Source: Candidatus Woesearchaeota archaeon (GTDB lineage: Archaea > Nanobdellota > Nanobdellia > Woesearchaeales > JAWBMQ01). Taken from it: 63,603 nt of DNA. Positions 1 through 8,746 of this stretch are shown here, one piece after another. A program made the position numbers and the translations under genes. A model generated the notes under the pieces. The model was not told the origin of the DNA. It was given only the letters and a program-made list of their open reading frames with translations, and searched no databases. Each line of letters begins with the position of its first letter. Within the stretch, counting starts at the first letter, position 1. The DNA lies in the NCBI GenBank assembly GCA_038828875.1, contig JAWBMQ010000003.1, positions 1-63,603 of the forward strand, written 5' to 3'.

Positions 1-1
1 T

Positions 2-700
2 ATTTTTTATGTTTTGATATTTTTAATAATGATCTTTCAAATCAAAAATGCTGAAGCAGTAATAAAATCTGATTTATTCTTTAAGAACTCTACTTATGAT
101 ATTCCTGAACACTATGTTTCTTTACAGAAATGGATAAAAGAAAACACTCATGTGAATGAAGTTTTCTTATCTACAAAAGAATTAATTTTTGTTATAAATG
201 CTTTAACAGGTAGAAAAGGATTTATATTTAGGTATATGCATATTGCAAATCCTTTTGAATCTTTTTTCGATAGAGAAATTGATGCTGCAATAATTTTATA
301 TGGAAACGATACTAATAAAAAAATAGAACTTTTAAAGAAATATAACGTAAGTTATTTATATTGGGATTATTATTGGATTCCATCAGAATATCAATTCTAT
401 GAAAATCAAGAACCTCATCCTTTTGACCCAATAAAAGTGGTAGAATCTAAAAAATATGAAGAAATCTTAAAAAATTACAATATCTCATATTTTAAACTAA
501 AAAGTTGGTTTGATCCTGGTACTGCAAACATAAGAGTTCGAAGATTTAATTTAATTTTCGTGAGTTATGAAAATTACAGAAGTTTTGAAAAACCATGGAA
601 GGAAGACTTAGATCAATTTTTAGAAGAAGTTTGGAATTATACTGATCCTTTTACAAATCTCACAATTGCAAGATTGTATAAAATAAAATTACCTTCTTAA
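2..700 (+). CDS. Hypothetical protein, probably 5'-partial (frame open to the window edge); hydrophobic segment followed by a W/Y-rich soluble domain
   Basis: ORF 14..700 has no in-frame stop back to nt 2, so the start may lie outside the window. It begins with a hydrophobic stretch (IFLIMIF). No family recognised. Confidence 0.45.
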   Translation: MFYVLIFLIMIFQIKNAEAVIKSDLFFKNSTYDIPEHYVSLQKWIKENTHVNEVFLSTKELIFVINALTGRKGFIFRYMHIANPFESFFDREIDAAIILYGNDTNKKIELLKKYNVSYLYWDYYWIPSEYQFYENQEPHPFDPIKVVESKKYEEILKNYNISYFKLKSWFDPGTANIRVRRFNLIFVSYENYRSFEKPWKEDLDQFLEEVWNYTDPFTNLTIARLYKIKLPS

Positions 701-701
701 A

Positions 702-953
702 ATGAAATCATACAAATCAAAAGTTAGAGATAGAATAATACAAATTCTAAGTGAATTAGGAGAAAGTTACGGATATGATGTTGCTAAAAAATATGTAGAA
801 AGATTTGGTAAAGAAAGTCAAAGATTGATTTATTATCATCTTGAAAAAGGAGTTCAACTAGGCTTGTTTGAAAGAATTGAAAAAGAAGAAGAAGGAGAAT
901 TTAGTTGGGGAAACAAAGTAACAAAAGTATACTATAGATTAAAACAACAATAA
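702..953 (+). CDS. Small winged-helix transcriptional regulator (PadR/ArsR-like)
   Basis: 83 aa. The pattern YGYDVAKKY...LIYYHLEKGVQLGLFERIEKEEEGEF...VYYRL looks like a recognition helix plus beta-wing. It starts 2 nt after the upstream stop. Confidence 0.55.
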   Translation: MKSYKSKVRDRIIQILSELGESYGYDVAKKYVERFGKESQRLIYYHLEKGVQLGLFERIEKEEEGEFSWGNKVTKVYYRLKQQ

Positions 954-1002
954 ATCTAATTTAAATCTTTTAAAAAATTTTAAAAGTTTAAAATTAATAA
1001 AA

Positions 1003-1010
1003 TTTATAAA
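1003..1010 (+). promoter_or_regulatory. Putative TATA box (TTTATAAA) for the ABC operon
   Basis: TTTATAAA begins 29 nt upstream of ATG 1032 and there is no SD. This spacing fits a leaderless archaeal mRNA. Confidence 0.4.
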
Positions 1011-1031
1011 AAGGAACTCTTCCAATAGCTC

Positions 1032-1781
1032 ATGGATAAAACTAAGAAACACGAAATCAAAAAAAAGAGTTCTAATGTTAAAGAAGAATATATTTTACAA
1101 CTGATAGATGTGAAAAAAATCTATGATCTAGGAAAAGTAAAAGTTGAAGCTTTAAAACAGATTAACTTAAATATTGGAAAAAATGAATTCATCGTTATCA
1201 TTGGACCTAGTGGAAGTGGAAAATCTACATTAGTTAATTTAGTAGGTTGCTTAGACAGACCTACTGAAGGAAAAATATTGCTAAAAGGAAAAGATATTAA
1301 CAAATTAACTGATTCTCAACTAGCTCAATTGCGAGGAAAAACCATAGGTTTTGTTTTTCAACAGTTTCATCTATTAAACACATTCACTGCTTTAGAAAAC
1401 GTAACATTACCAATGATCTTTCATGATGTAAACGAAAAAGAAAGAATAAAAAAAGCAAAATCAATTTTAGAAAGGTTAGGATTGGGAGAAAGATTAAATC
1501 ATAAACCAAATGAGCTTTCAGGAGGACAACAACAAAGAGTAGCTATTGCTAGAGCATTAGCTAATGATCCTGAAATTATTCTTGCTGATGAGCCTACTGG
1601 AAATTTAGATAGTAAAAGTGGAGATGAAGTTATAAAAATCTTGAAAGAATTACACAAAGAAGGAAGAACCATTATTTTTGTTACACATGATCCAAGATAT
1701 ATGAACATTGGCACTAGAATTGTTAAAATTATGGATGGCATGATCGTTGAAGATAGTAAAAACGGTGAAAATCATGCATGA
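1032..1781 (+). CDS. ABC transporter ATP-binding protein, MacB/LolD-like
   Basis: Walker [10 protein letters not shown], signature [15 protein letters not shown], Walker [14 protein letters not shown]-loop VTHD. Confidence 0.9.
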   Translation: MDKTKKHEIKKKSSNVKEEYILQLIDVKKIYDLGKVKVEALKQINLNIGKNEFIVIIGPSGSGKSTLVNLVGCLDRPTEGKILLKGKDINKLTDSQLAQLRGKTIGFVFQQFHLLNTFTALENVTLPMIFHDVNEKERIKKAKSILERLGLGERLNHKPNELSGGQQQRVAIARALANDPEIILADEPTGNLDSKSGDEVIKILKELHKEGRTIIFVTHDPRYMNIGTRIVKIMDGMIVEDSKNGENHA

Positions 1782-2211
1782 TAACACCATTAAAGAAGAA
1801 TTAAAATCTCTATTTAGAGAAAAATTCGAAAAAATTGGAAAAAATAAAATCTTAGGAGATATTTTTGTAGAATGCTTATTTTCGCCTACAGAATTAAGTT
1901 TAAACGAATTAAGTTCTTTAACAGGTTATAGTATTAGCTCTTTGAGTTTAGCTCTAAAACAAAAAGACAAAATGTTCAACATAATTAATAAACCTGGAGA
2001 TAAGAAGACTTATGTTGATATCAATTTCAAAAGCGAAGAATGTATGATAAGTGAATTAAAAGAATTGAACAACTTCATATTACCAACAATAATTAACTTG
2101 ATGTCAAAAATACAAAATAAAAATCAAAAACAAAAAACTTTTGAAAAGAATATTCAAAAAATGAAAAAAATAATTGAAAAAATAATAGAGGAATTCGAAA
2201 ATGAAAATTAA
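1747..2211 (+). CDS. GbsR/MarR-like wHTH regulator (COG1510-like)
   Basis: [36 protein letters not shown] resembles the GbsR-type HTH. The more likely start is ATG 1774 (MHDNT), which overlaps the ABC stop by 8 nt. Confidence 0.5.
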   Translation: MKIVKTVKIMHDNTIKEELKSLFREKFEKIGKNKILGDIFVECLFSPTELSLNELSSLTGYSISSLSLALKQKDKMFNIINKPGDKKTYVDINFKSEECMISELKELNNFILPTIINLMSKIQNKNQKQKTFEKNIQKMKKIIEKIIEEFENEN

Positions 2212-2851
2212 GGATCTAGATAATAATGAAAAACATACCATAGGAGAAGAAATTGCAAATTCTATTACTCATGGTTTTGGCATATTGTTTGGAATTGTTG
2301 CTCTTATTTTACTAATTATCTTTTCATCTAAAAAAGGAGCCATTACATTAATATCTACTATAGTTTATGGAATCTCTTTAATTGTTTTATATTTAATATC
2401 AACACTTTATCATGGCATTCAACATAAAAAAACAAAAAAAGTTTTTGAGATACTCGATCATATTGCTGTTTATTTGCTAATTGCTGGAACATATACTCCT
2501 TTTGCACTATTTATAATAAAGGGAATGAAAGGTTGGATTTTATTAGTATTGATTTGGTTGCTGGCTATTGTTGGAATTTCAATAAAACCATTTACTGTAA
2601 AAAAATTTTTATTTTTATCAACTGCAATATATATTTTTATGGGATGGATCGCGATTTTCTTAATCAAAGATTTAATTGCAAACTTAAATGCTTTTCAAAT
2701 TACAACTCTTATCTTAGGAGGCGTTTTTTATACAGTTGGAACTCTCTTTTATGTTTTCAGAAAAATAAAATATGGACATTTTATATGGCATTTATTTGTA
2801 CTATTTGGAAGTATTTCACACTTTATTACGATTTTTTCATACATCTTGTGA
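2201..2851 (+). CDS. Hemolysin III / PAQR family membrane channel protein
   Basis: About 7 hydrophobic segments. Family motifs EEIANSITHGFG, LDHIAVYLLIAGTYTPF and HFIWHLFVLFGSISHF are present. Overlaps the upstream ORF by 11 nt. Confidence 0.8.
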   Translation: MKIKDLDNNEKHTIGEEIANSITHGFGILFGIVALILLIIFSSKKGAITLISTIVYGISLIVLYLISTLYHGIQHKKTKKVFEILDHIAVYLLIAGTYTPFALFIIKGMKGWILLVLIWLLAIVGISIKPFTVKKFLFLSTAIYIFMGWIAIFLIKDLIANLNAFQITTLILGGVFYTVGTLFYVFRKIKYGHFIWHLFVLFGSISHFITIFSYIL

Positions 2852-2860
2852 GGTGAAAGA

Positions 2861-4207
2861 ATGAAAATGAACAAAAATCATGAAAAAAAATTGAAATTTT
2901 GGTTGATAGGTATTATAATATTAAACCTCGTTGCAATTACTTTGAAATCAAATTATGCTGTAGATGATGTGAAAATAGGCAACTCTTTAGAAGACATTTT
3001 TGTTCTATATGTATCACAAAATCCTATGCCCGCTAAACCAAATGAGATTGTTAATCTAAAATTTACAATCTCTAATTATGGAAACAAATATCATGAAGAT
3101 ATTGCTATTGAAATCATTCCTGAAGAACCTTTCAAAAAATATGGCACAACTTTAAAATTCATAAATCTGTTAATGCCTTATCAAAAAGATAATTTTGCAC
3201 AATTGATTGATTTTGATCTTTTCGTAACCGAAAACGCAGTAAGTGGTGATTATAAATTAAAGATCAGAATATATAAAATATCATCTCCAAGCAAATACGT
3301 TGAAAGAACAATAAATGTTAAAGTAGAAAATGAACAAGTTATTTTTAACTTATATAATTTAACAATATTTCCTAGCAAAATAAAACCAGGAGATCAAGGC
3401 AGACTTGAATTTGTTTTGAAAAACGATGGAATCAGTACTGCTAAAGATGTGGAAATTGAATTATCTTTGCCAAACGGTTTAAGTGTTTTAAATGGTGCAA
3501 ACACATATTCTATTAGAGAATTAAAGAAAGATTCCAGTGTTGGAATAACTTACAATATTTTTGCAGATTCCATAAATCCAGGAATTTATAAAAGTACAAT
3601 AAATGTAAAATATAAAGTTGGAAACAATAATCAACCAATAACTAAATCGTTTTCAATAGGTTTTGTTGTAGATGTTGAAAGCAACATAGATTCTTACGTT
3701 ATTTATTCAAATTATAAAAATGGAGTTACAGATATAAGTATGAATGTTATTAATTTAGGAAATTCTCCTATAAAGTTTATAAATGCTAAACTATTAGAAA
3801 GTCCTGATTATACTATAGTTTCTGGAAATTCATATTTAGCAAGCATTGATTCCTCAGATTATGATAGTATAGATTTTAAAATTAAAACTGAAAAAGAAAA
3901 AGTTTTGCTAAAATATGAAATCTCTTGGAGGGATTATTATAATAAGCAGTATTCCAGAATCTTTGAAAAAGAGATTAAAATAAACATTCCCAAAGAGAAC
4001 GTAAAGGAAAAAAATAAACAAATGGAATATGCATTTTGGTTAGGAATTGTTTTAGTAACAATCTTCTGGATATTCATGTTTGTAGATGCTTTACAGAACA
4101 AAAGAGAAAATAAAGTAAAAAAATGGATATGGGTAGTGGTAGTTATTGTAACATTACCTTTAGGAGCTTTACTATATTATTTATTTGGAAGAAACAAAGA
4201 AGATTAA
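2861..4207 (+). CDS. Surface protein with CARDB/COG1361-like beta-sandwich repeats and a C-terminal PLDc_N-like membrane anchor
   Basis: N-terminal signal/anchor (LKFWLIGIIILNLVAITL). Repeated segments of about 100 aa resemble 'NxGN..A.DV.IEL'. The C-terminus WIWVVVVIVTLPLGALLYYLFGR resembles the PLDc_N motif. SD AGGTGA lies upstream. Confidence 0.55.
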   Translation: MKMNKNHEKKLKFWLIGIIILNLVAITLKSNYAVDDVKIGNSLEDIFVLYVSQNPMPAKPNEIVNLKFTISNYGNKYHEDIAIEIIPEEPFKKYGTTLKFINLLMPYQKDNFAQLIDFDLFVTENAVSGDYKLKIRIYKISSPSKYVERTINVKVENEQVIFNLYNLTIFPSKIKPGDQGRLEFVLKNDGISTAKDVEIELSLPNGLSVLNGANTYSIRELKKDSSVGITYNIFADSINPGIYKSTINVKYKVGNNNQPITKSFSIGFVVDVESNIDSYVIYSNYKNGVTDISMNVINLGNSPIKFINAKLLESPDYTIVSGNSYLASIDSSDYDSIDFKIKTEKEKVLLKYEISWRDYYNKQYSRIFEKEIKINIPKENVKEKNKQMEYAFWLGIVLVTIFWIFMFVDALQNKRENKVKKWIWVVVVIVTLPLGALLYYLFGRNKED

Positions 4208-4219
4208 TTAATCTTTAAA

Positions 4220-5371
4220 ATGATTTTAAAGGATTATTTTAAAATTGCTTGGCAGTATCTTAAAAGTAAGAAATTACGTACTTTTTTGACAGTTGTTGGA
4301 GTAAGCATTTCATTAATTTTAATTTTTACTTTACTTATTTTAGGAAGTAGTTTAAAGAACAGTATTGAAGAACAATTCAATAAGATAAGTCCTCAAACTG
4401 TTTTTGTTTTAGCAAAAACTTCAGGAGGCATCTTTCAAAGTTCTTTTGTAAAGCAACTAAAAAAAGATGATTGTAAATACATAGAAAACAATCCATTAGT
4501 AGATATTTGCACTTATCTTTACACAAAATTTGTTACAATAGAAATAGCCAATGAAAAAATGTTTACTTCCATTTTAGTAACAAACAATAATTTTTACAGT
4601 AACATTAATAAGTTCGGTTATACTGTTGCTGAAGGAAAAGTTCCAAAAAAAGGTGAAGCATTAGTTGGTTATTTGTATAGCACTGATAAAATAATAAAAG
4701 AACCATTAAAAATTGGAGATACTATTGTAATAGATGGAAAAAAATTCAAAATTGTAGGATTTTTAGAAGAATTAGGAAATCCTCAAGATGATATGAACAT
4801 ATATCTTCATGAAGATGATTTTAAGATCGATAGAGTCAATATACTTCAATTTTTAATAAAAGATCTAGAAGAGGTTGAAAAAATAAAGGATCAATTTAAT
4901 AAGAAAAAAAATGGAAATTTTGAATTTTTGACTACTGAAGCATTGTTAGAACAAACTAAGGATTTGTTGAATATAATAAATTATGCTATAATTGCAATTG
5001 CATCTATTTCATTAATTGTTGGTAGTTTAGGCATTTCAAATACATTGATTACTTCAGTTTATGAAAGAAAGAGAGATATTGGAATAATGAAGGCAATGGG
5101 GGCTAAAAATTCAGATATCTTCAAAATGATCATGATAGAAACGATAATCATTATGTTTATAAGCATAATAATAGGAATGTCTTTAGGCTACTTAATAGGA
5201 TATTCTGCAACACTGATTTTTAACAATTTAGGATATAAGCTTAGATTAATAGTTACTTTTCAAGATATAATTTTAACATTAAGTTTTGCTCTCTTTTTTG
5301 GATTTGTTTCTGCATACATTCCTGCAAAAATGGCAACAAAATTAGATCCTATTGAAGCTATAAGAAAATAA
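4220..5371 (+). CDS. ABC transporter permease, FtsX/MacB family
   Basis: N-terminal TM, an extracytoplasmic domain of about 230 aa, and a C-terminal FtsX module with ERKRDIGIMKAMGAKNSDI. Confidence 0.85.
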   Translation: MILKDYFKIAWQYLKSKKLRTFLTVVGVSISLILIFTLLILGSSLKNSIEEQFNKISPQTVFVLAKTSGGIFQSSFVKQLKKDDCKYIENNPLVDICTYLYTKFVTIEIANEKMFTSILVTNNNFYSNINKFGYTVAEGKVPKKGEALVGYLYSTDKIIKEPLKIGDTIVIDGKKFKIVGFLEELGNPQDDMNIYLHEDDFKIDRVNILQFLIKDLEEVEKIKDQFNKKKNGNFEFLTTEALLEQTKDLLNIINYAIIAIASISLIVGSLGISNTLITSVYERKRDIGIMKAMGAKNSDIFKMIMIETIIIMFISIIIGMSLGYLIGYSATLIFNNLGYKLRLIVTFQDIILTLSFALFFGFVSAYIPAKMATKLDPIEAIRK

Positions 5372-5378
5372 GATAAAA

Positions 5379-6560
5379 ATGAATACAATAGATAAGATAA
5401 AACTTGCATACAAAGGTTTGAAAACACATAAAGTAAGAACGTTCTTGACTTTATTAGGTATAATTATTTCTATTGCGGCAGTTTACACTTTTATGTTGTT
5501 AGGTGATGGATTAAAAAATATAGTAGAAGATCGAGTTTTAAGTTTTGGTACTGATGTTATTAGAATAACTTCAGCAACAGGACCTACAATGGATACTTTA
5601 TCATTTACAGAATCAGATCTTAAAAAAATAGAAAAGATTGAAGGAATTAAAAAAGTTATAGGAGTAAAATTTTCTCAACTACAAGTAGATTACAATGGCC
5701 AAAAATTAACAAGAAGCATTTATGGTTATGATTTCAATGATTTAGAATATTTATTTAACAAACTTAACATCCAATTCTCTAGCGGAAAATTCCCAAAAAA
5801 TAATGAAAAAAATAAAATTATTGTTGGTAATAGAATAGCTAAAACAGCATTTTTCAAAGAATTAAAAGTAAAAGATAAAGTAATTATAGAAGAAAATCAA
5901 TTTTTAGTTTCTGGAGTTCTAAAAGGAGGTTCACAATTTCTAGAGAATGCTATTGTAATGAACAGAGACAAACTTCATGAATTAACTAATTCAAAAGATT
6001 ATAGCTTAATTATAGCTATTTATGATACTGATTACGATGTAAATGAAATTAAGGATAAAATAACATCAGAGTTGGAAAAAAAATATAGCAAAAAAGCTTT
6101 TGTAGTGCTTACTCCTACTGATTTAATTAAAACTATAAACTCAATATTAGGTTCAATAACTACTTTTATAATTTTAATTGCTGCAGTTTCTCTAATAATT
6201 AGTTCCATTGGAATTGCAAATACAATGTACACAGCAGTATTACAAAGAACTAAAGAAATAGGAATTATGAAAGCAACTGGAGCTAAAAATTCTGACATAA
6301 AGTATATGTTTATGATTGAATCAGGAATTTTAGGTTTCATCGGTGGTTCTATTGGAATTATTTTAGCAATAATTATTTCACACGCAACTCAAGAAATAAC
6401 TAAAAATTTTCTCAATATGGCTATATTTTTGATAAAAGTAAAACCTTTAGAAGCAATAATCTTGATTATATTTTCTACTTTTATAGGTATGATTGCAGGA
6501 TATGCACCTGCAAAAAAAGCAAGCGAAGTTAATCCTATTGAAGCTTTAAGATACGAATAA
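5379..6560 (+). CDS. ABC transporter permease, FtsX/MacB family (paralog)
   Basis: Same architecture as 4220..5371. FtsX motif QRTKEIGIMKATGAKNSDI. Confidence 0.85.
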   Translation: MNTIDKIKLAYKGLKTHKVRTFLTLLGIIISIAAVYTFMLLGDGLKNIVEDRVLSFGTDVIRITSATGPTMDTLSFTESDLKKIEKIEGIKKVIGVKFSQLQVDYNGQKLTRSIYGYDFNDLEYLFNKLNIQFSSGKFPKNNEKNKIIVGNRIAKTAFFKELKVKDKVIIEENQFLVSGVLKGGSQFLENAIVMNRDKLHELTNSKDYSLIIAIYDTDYDVNEIKDKITSELEKKYSKKAFVVLTPTDLIKTINSILGSITTFIILIAAVSLIISSIGIANTMYTAVLQRTKEIGIMKATGAKNSDIKYMFMIESGILGFIGGSIGIILAIIISHATQEITKNFLNMAIFLIKVKPLEAIILIIFSTFIGMIAGYAPAKKASEVNPIEALRYE

Positions 6561-6601
6561 ATTCATAAAAAATAAAAATAAATAAAACAATTCACATTAT
6601 C

Positions 6602-6976
6602 ATGACACAAAAATTAGAAGTTTATAGATGCAAAATTTGTGGAAACATCGTAGAGGTTCTTCATCCAGGAAAAGGAACTTTGGTTTGCTGTAATCAGCCA
6701 ATGGAAAAATTAAATGAAAATACTGTAGATGCGAGTGTTGAAAAGCACGTACCAGTAATTGAAAAGAATGAAAAAGAAACTTTAGTAAGAGTCGGCAGTA
6801 TTGAGCATCCCATGATTGAAAGTCATTACATTGAATGGATTGAAATTTTAGAAGAAGATGAGATTCACATAAAGTTTTTAAAACCTAATCAAAAACCGGA
6901 GTATCTTTTAAGTAAAAATGTAAGAGATGCTAAAGCAAGAGCTTATTGTAATTTACATGGATTGTGGAAAAATTAA
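6602..6976 (+). CDS. dfx: Desulfoferrodoxin (2Fe superoxide reductase)
   Basis: The N-terminal desulforedoxin centre is CKICGN...VCCNQPM. The neelaredoxin-type domain has EKHVPV, HPM..SHYIEWIE and CNLHGLW. Confidence 0.85.
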   Translation: MTQKLEVYRCKICGNIVEVLHPGKGTLVCCNQPMEKLNENTVDASVEKHVPVIEKNEKETLVRVGSIEHPMIESHYIEWIEILEEDEIHIKFLKPNQKPEYLLSKNVRDAKARAYCNLHGLWKN

Positions 6977-7021
6977 CAACAAAGAAAATTTTTTGAAACT
7001 TTTTTTAATTTTTTAAAGATT

Positions 7022-8203
7022 TTAATTACTTGCATAAATTTCAATTACATCTCTATGCTTCAATTGATATTCTTTTCCTAATGGTCTTTTGGTTCTTACA
7101 TCCATGGCTTTTACGAAATTCTTAGCTAAATCTGAGTGAATAGTTGCTGCAAAATCTAAAGCAGTAGATCCTGGCGGAAGAAGAAAACAATCAGGCAATA
7201 CGTTACCATCTTTATCTGCTAACTTATTAATTCCTCCTGGAAACACAGCAATATATTTTAAAATATCAAAAACAGCTACATTAATAACTTTCTGCACTCC
7301 TGTAGAACCATAAACATCTAATATCTTTTCTTTTATCATCTTTAATGCATATTGCTGCTTTTCATTTAATTGTTTAATTATTTTGAAATCAGGATCTCCT
7401 GGAACGTATTCTATCAATCCGGCTTTATGAGCTTCTTTTAAAACTAACTCTGCTTCTGCGGAAACAGGAATTATAACTAAATGCGAAAATCTTTCTTTTA
7501 AAATTTCTAAATTTTTCTTTGCAGTTGGTAAATCAATCTTATTTGCAGCAATAATGATTGGTTTAGATTTTCTTCTAACATCTCTTAAAAAATTAAAAAG
7601 AATTTCATCATTCCAATGGTCAATTTCAGGATATTTTTTAATTACTTCTTCTATATGCTGTTTAGAAAACTTTAAACCTGAAAGTTGATCATAAATATTC
7701 TCAGCTAATGACTTATGCTGTGCTTTAACTGTTCTTATAAATTTATCCCAGTTCTTTTTTACTATGTTGAAAATCCATAAGTCGATTTCTCTTTCTAAAA
7801 AATCAATATCATTGGCAGGATCATAAGTTCCTGGTTCAACTGGTTCTCCATTAGCATTAGTACTTCCTGCAATATCTACAACGTGAATTAATACATCTGC
7901 TTGTCTTAGATCATCTAAAAACTGATTTCCTAAGCCTTTTCCTTCACTTGCTCCTGGCACAAGTCCAGCAACATCAATAACTTCAACAGGAACAAACCTA
8001 TTAGAATTTATACAATATCCATATCTAGGATTACACTTTACATTAAATTCTTTATCAACACATTCAACTCTAACATGACCAAAACCTTTGTTTGGATGTA
8101 TCGTTGCAAATGGATAATTAGCAATAAGAACATCTGCCAATGTCAATGCTTTAAAAAAAGTACTTTTTCCTACATTTGGTTTTCCTACAATTCCTATTAA
8201 CAT
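7022..8203 (-). CDS. Obg-family GTPase/ATPase (YchF/DRG-like) with C-terminal TGS domain
   Basis: G1 GKPNVGKST, G3 DVAGLV, G4 AANKID. The C-terminus ALDFAATIHSDLAKNF...KHRDVIEI is TGS-like. Confidence 0.8.
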   Translation of the reverse strand: MLIGIVGKPNVGKSTFFKALTLADVLIANYPFATIHPNKGFGHVRVECVDKEFNVKCNPRYGYCINSNRFVPVEVIDVAGLVPGASEGKGLGNQFLDDLRQADVLIHVVDIAGSTNANGEPVEPGTYDPANDIDFLEREIDLWIFNIVKKNWDKFIRTVKAQHKSLAENIYDQLSGLKFSKQHIEEVIKKYPEIDHWNDEILFNFLRDVRRKSKPIIIAANKIDLPTAKKNLEILKERFSHLVIIPVSAEAELVLKEAHKAGLIEYVPGDPDFKIIKQLNEKQQYALKMIKEKILDVYGSTGVQKVINVAVFDILKYIAVFPGGINKLADKDGNVLPDCFLLPPGSTALDFAATIHSDLAKNFVKAMDVRTKRPLGKEYQLKHRDVIEIYASN

Positions 8204-8247
8204 TGTGTTTTGATAGAGTAGCAGAGAATTTAAAAAAGTTTAGTTAT

Positions 8248-8742
8248 TTATTTTTCATTCCTTAATTCTAGAAGTATGTAATTGTACTCCTTTGCTAAGT
8301 AATCCCTTTCTTGATTTACGTTCTCATCAGAGATGTACTTTAAAGAACCTGCATAAAAAATGTTAGCTATTGTTTCAAATAACCTTCTTTCAGGTTTTAA
8401 ATTTTTTATTTTTTGATACAATAAACCTTCAATTGAATTATTAATATAAGACTGATTTTTCATAGATTTTTCCATCTTGGAGATAAATTTTTCATAAACA
8501 AAATAGGGATTATCAACGTAATAATCAACTTTTTTTGATAATAGCTCTTTTCTTAATGATTTTATAAATTCCTTTTTCACTTCATTAACCACTTTTTCTG
8601 GCAAAATAATATTGTAATGTGACAAATAAAGATTGTTTTTCATCTTAAATATATCGTAAACTATAATTTTTCCTATGTCTTCAAGTAGATAATTATCTTC
8701 GACATATTCTTCAATTATTTTACAAATTGATTCAGATTTCAT
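8248..8742 (-). CDS. Hypothetical protein, tightly linked downstream of the PIN-PhoH gene
   Basis: 164-aa ORF starting 4 nt after the PIN-PhoH stop. No family recognised. Confidence 0.5.
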   Translation of the reverse strand: MKSESICKIIEEYVEDNYLLEDIGKIIVYDIFKMKNNLYLSHYNIILPEKVVNEVKKEFIKSLRKELLSKKVDYYVDNPYFVYEKFISKMEKSMKNQSYINNSIEGLLYQKIKNLKPERRLFETIANIFYAGSLKYISDENVNQERDYLAKEYNYILLELRNEK

Positions 8743-8746
8743 ATGA

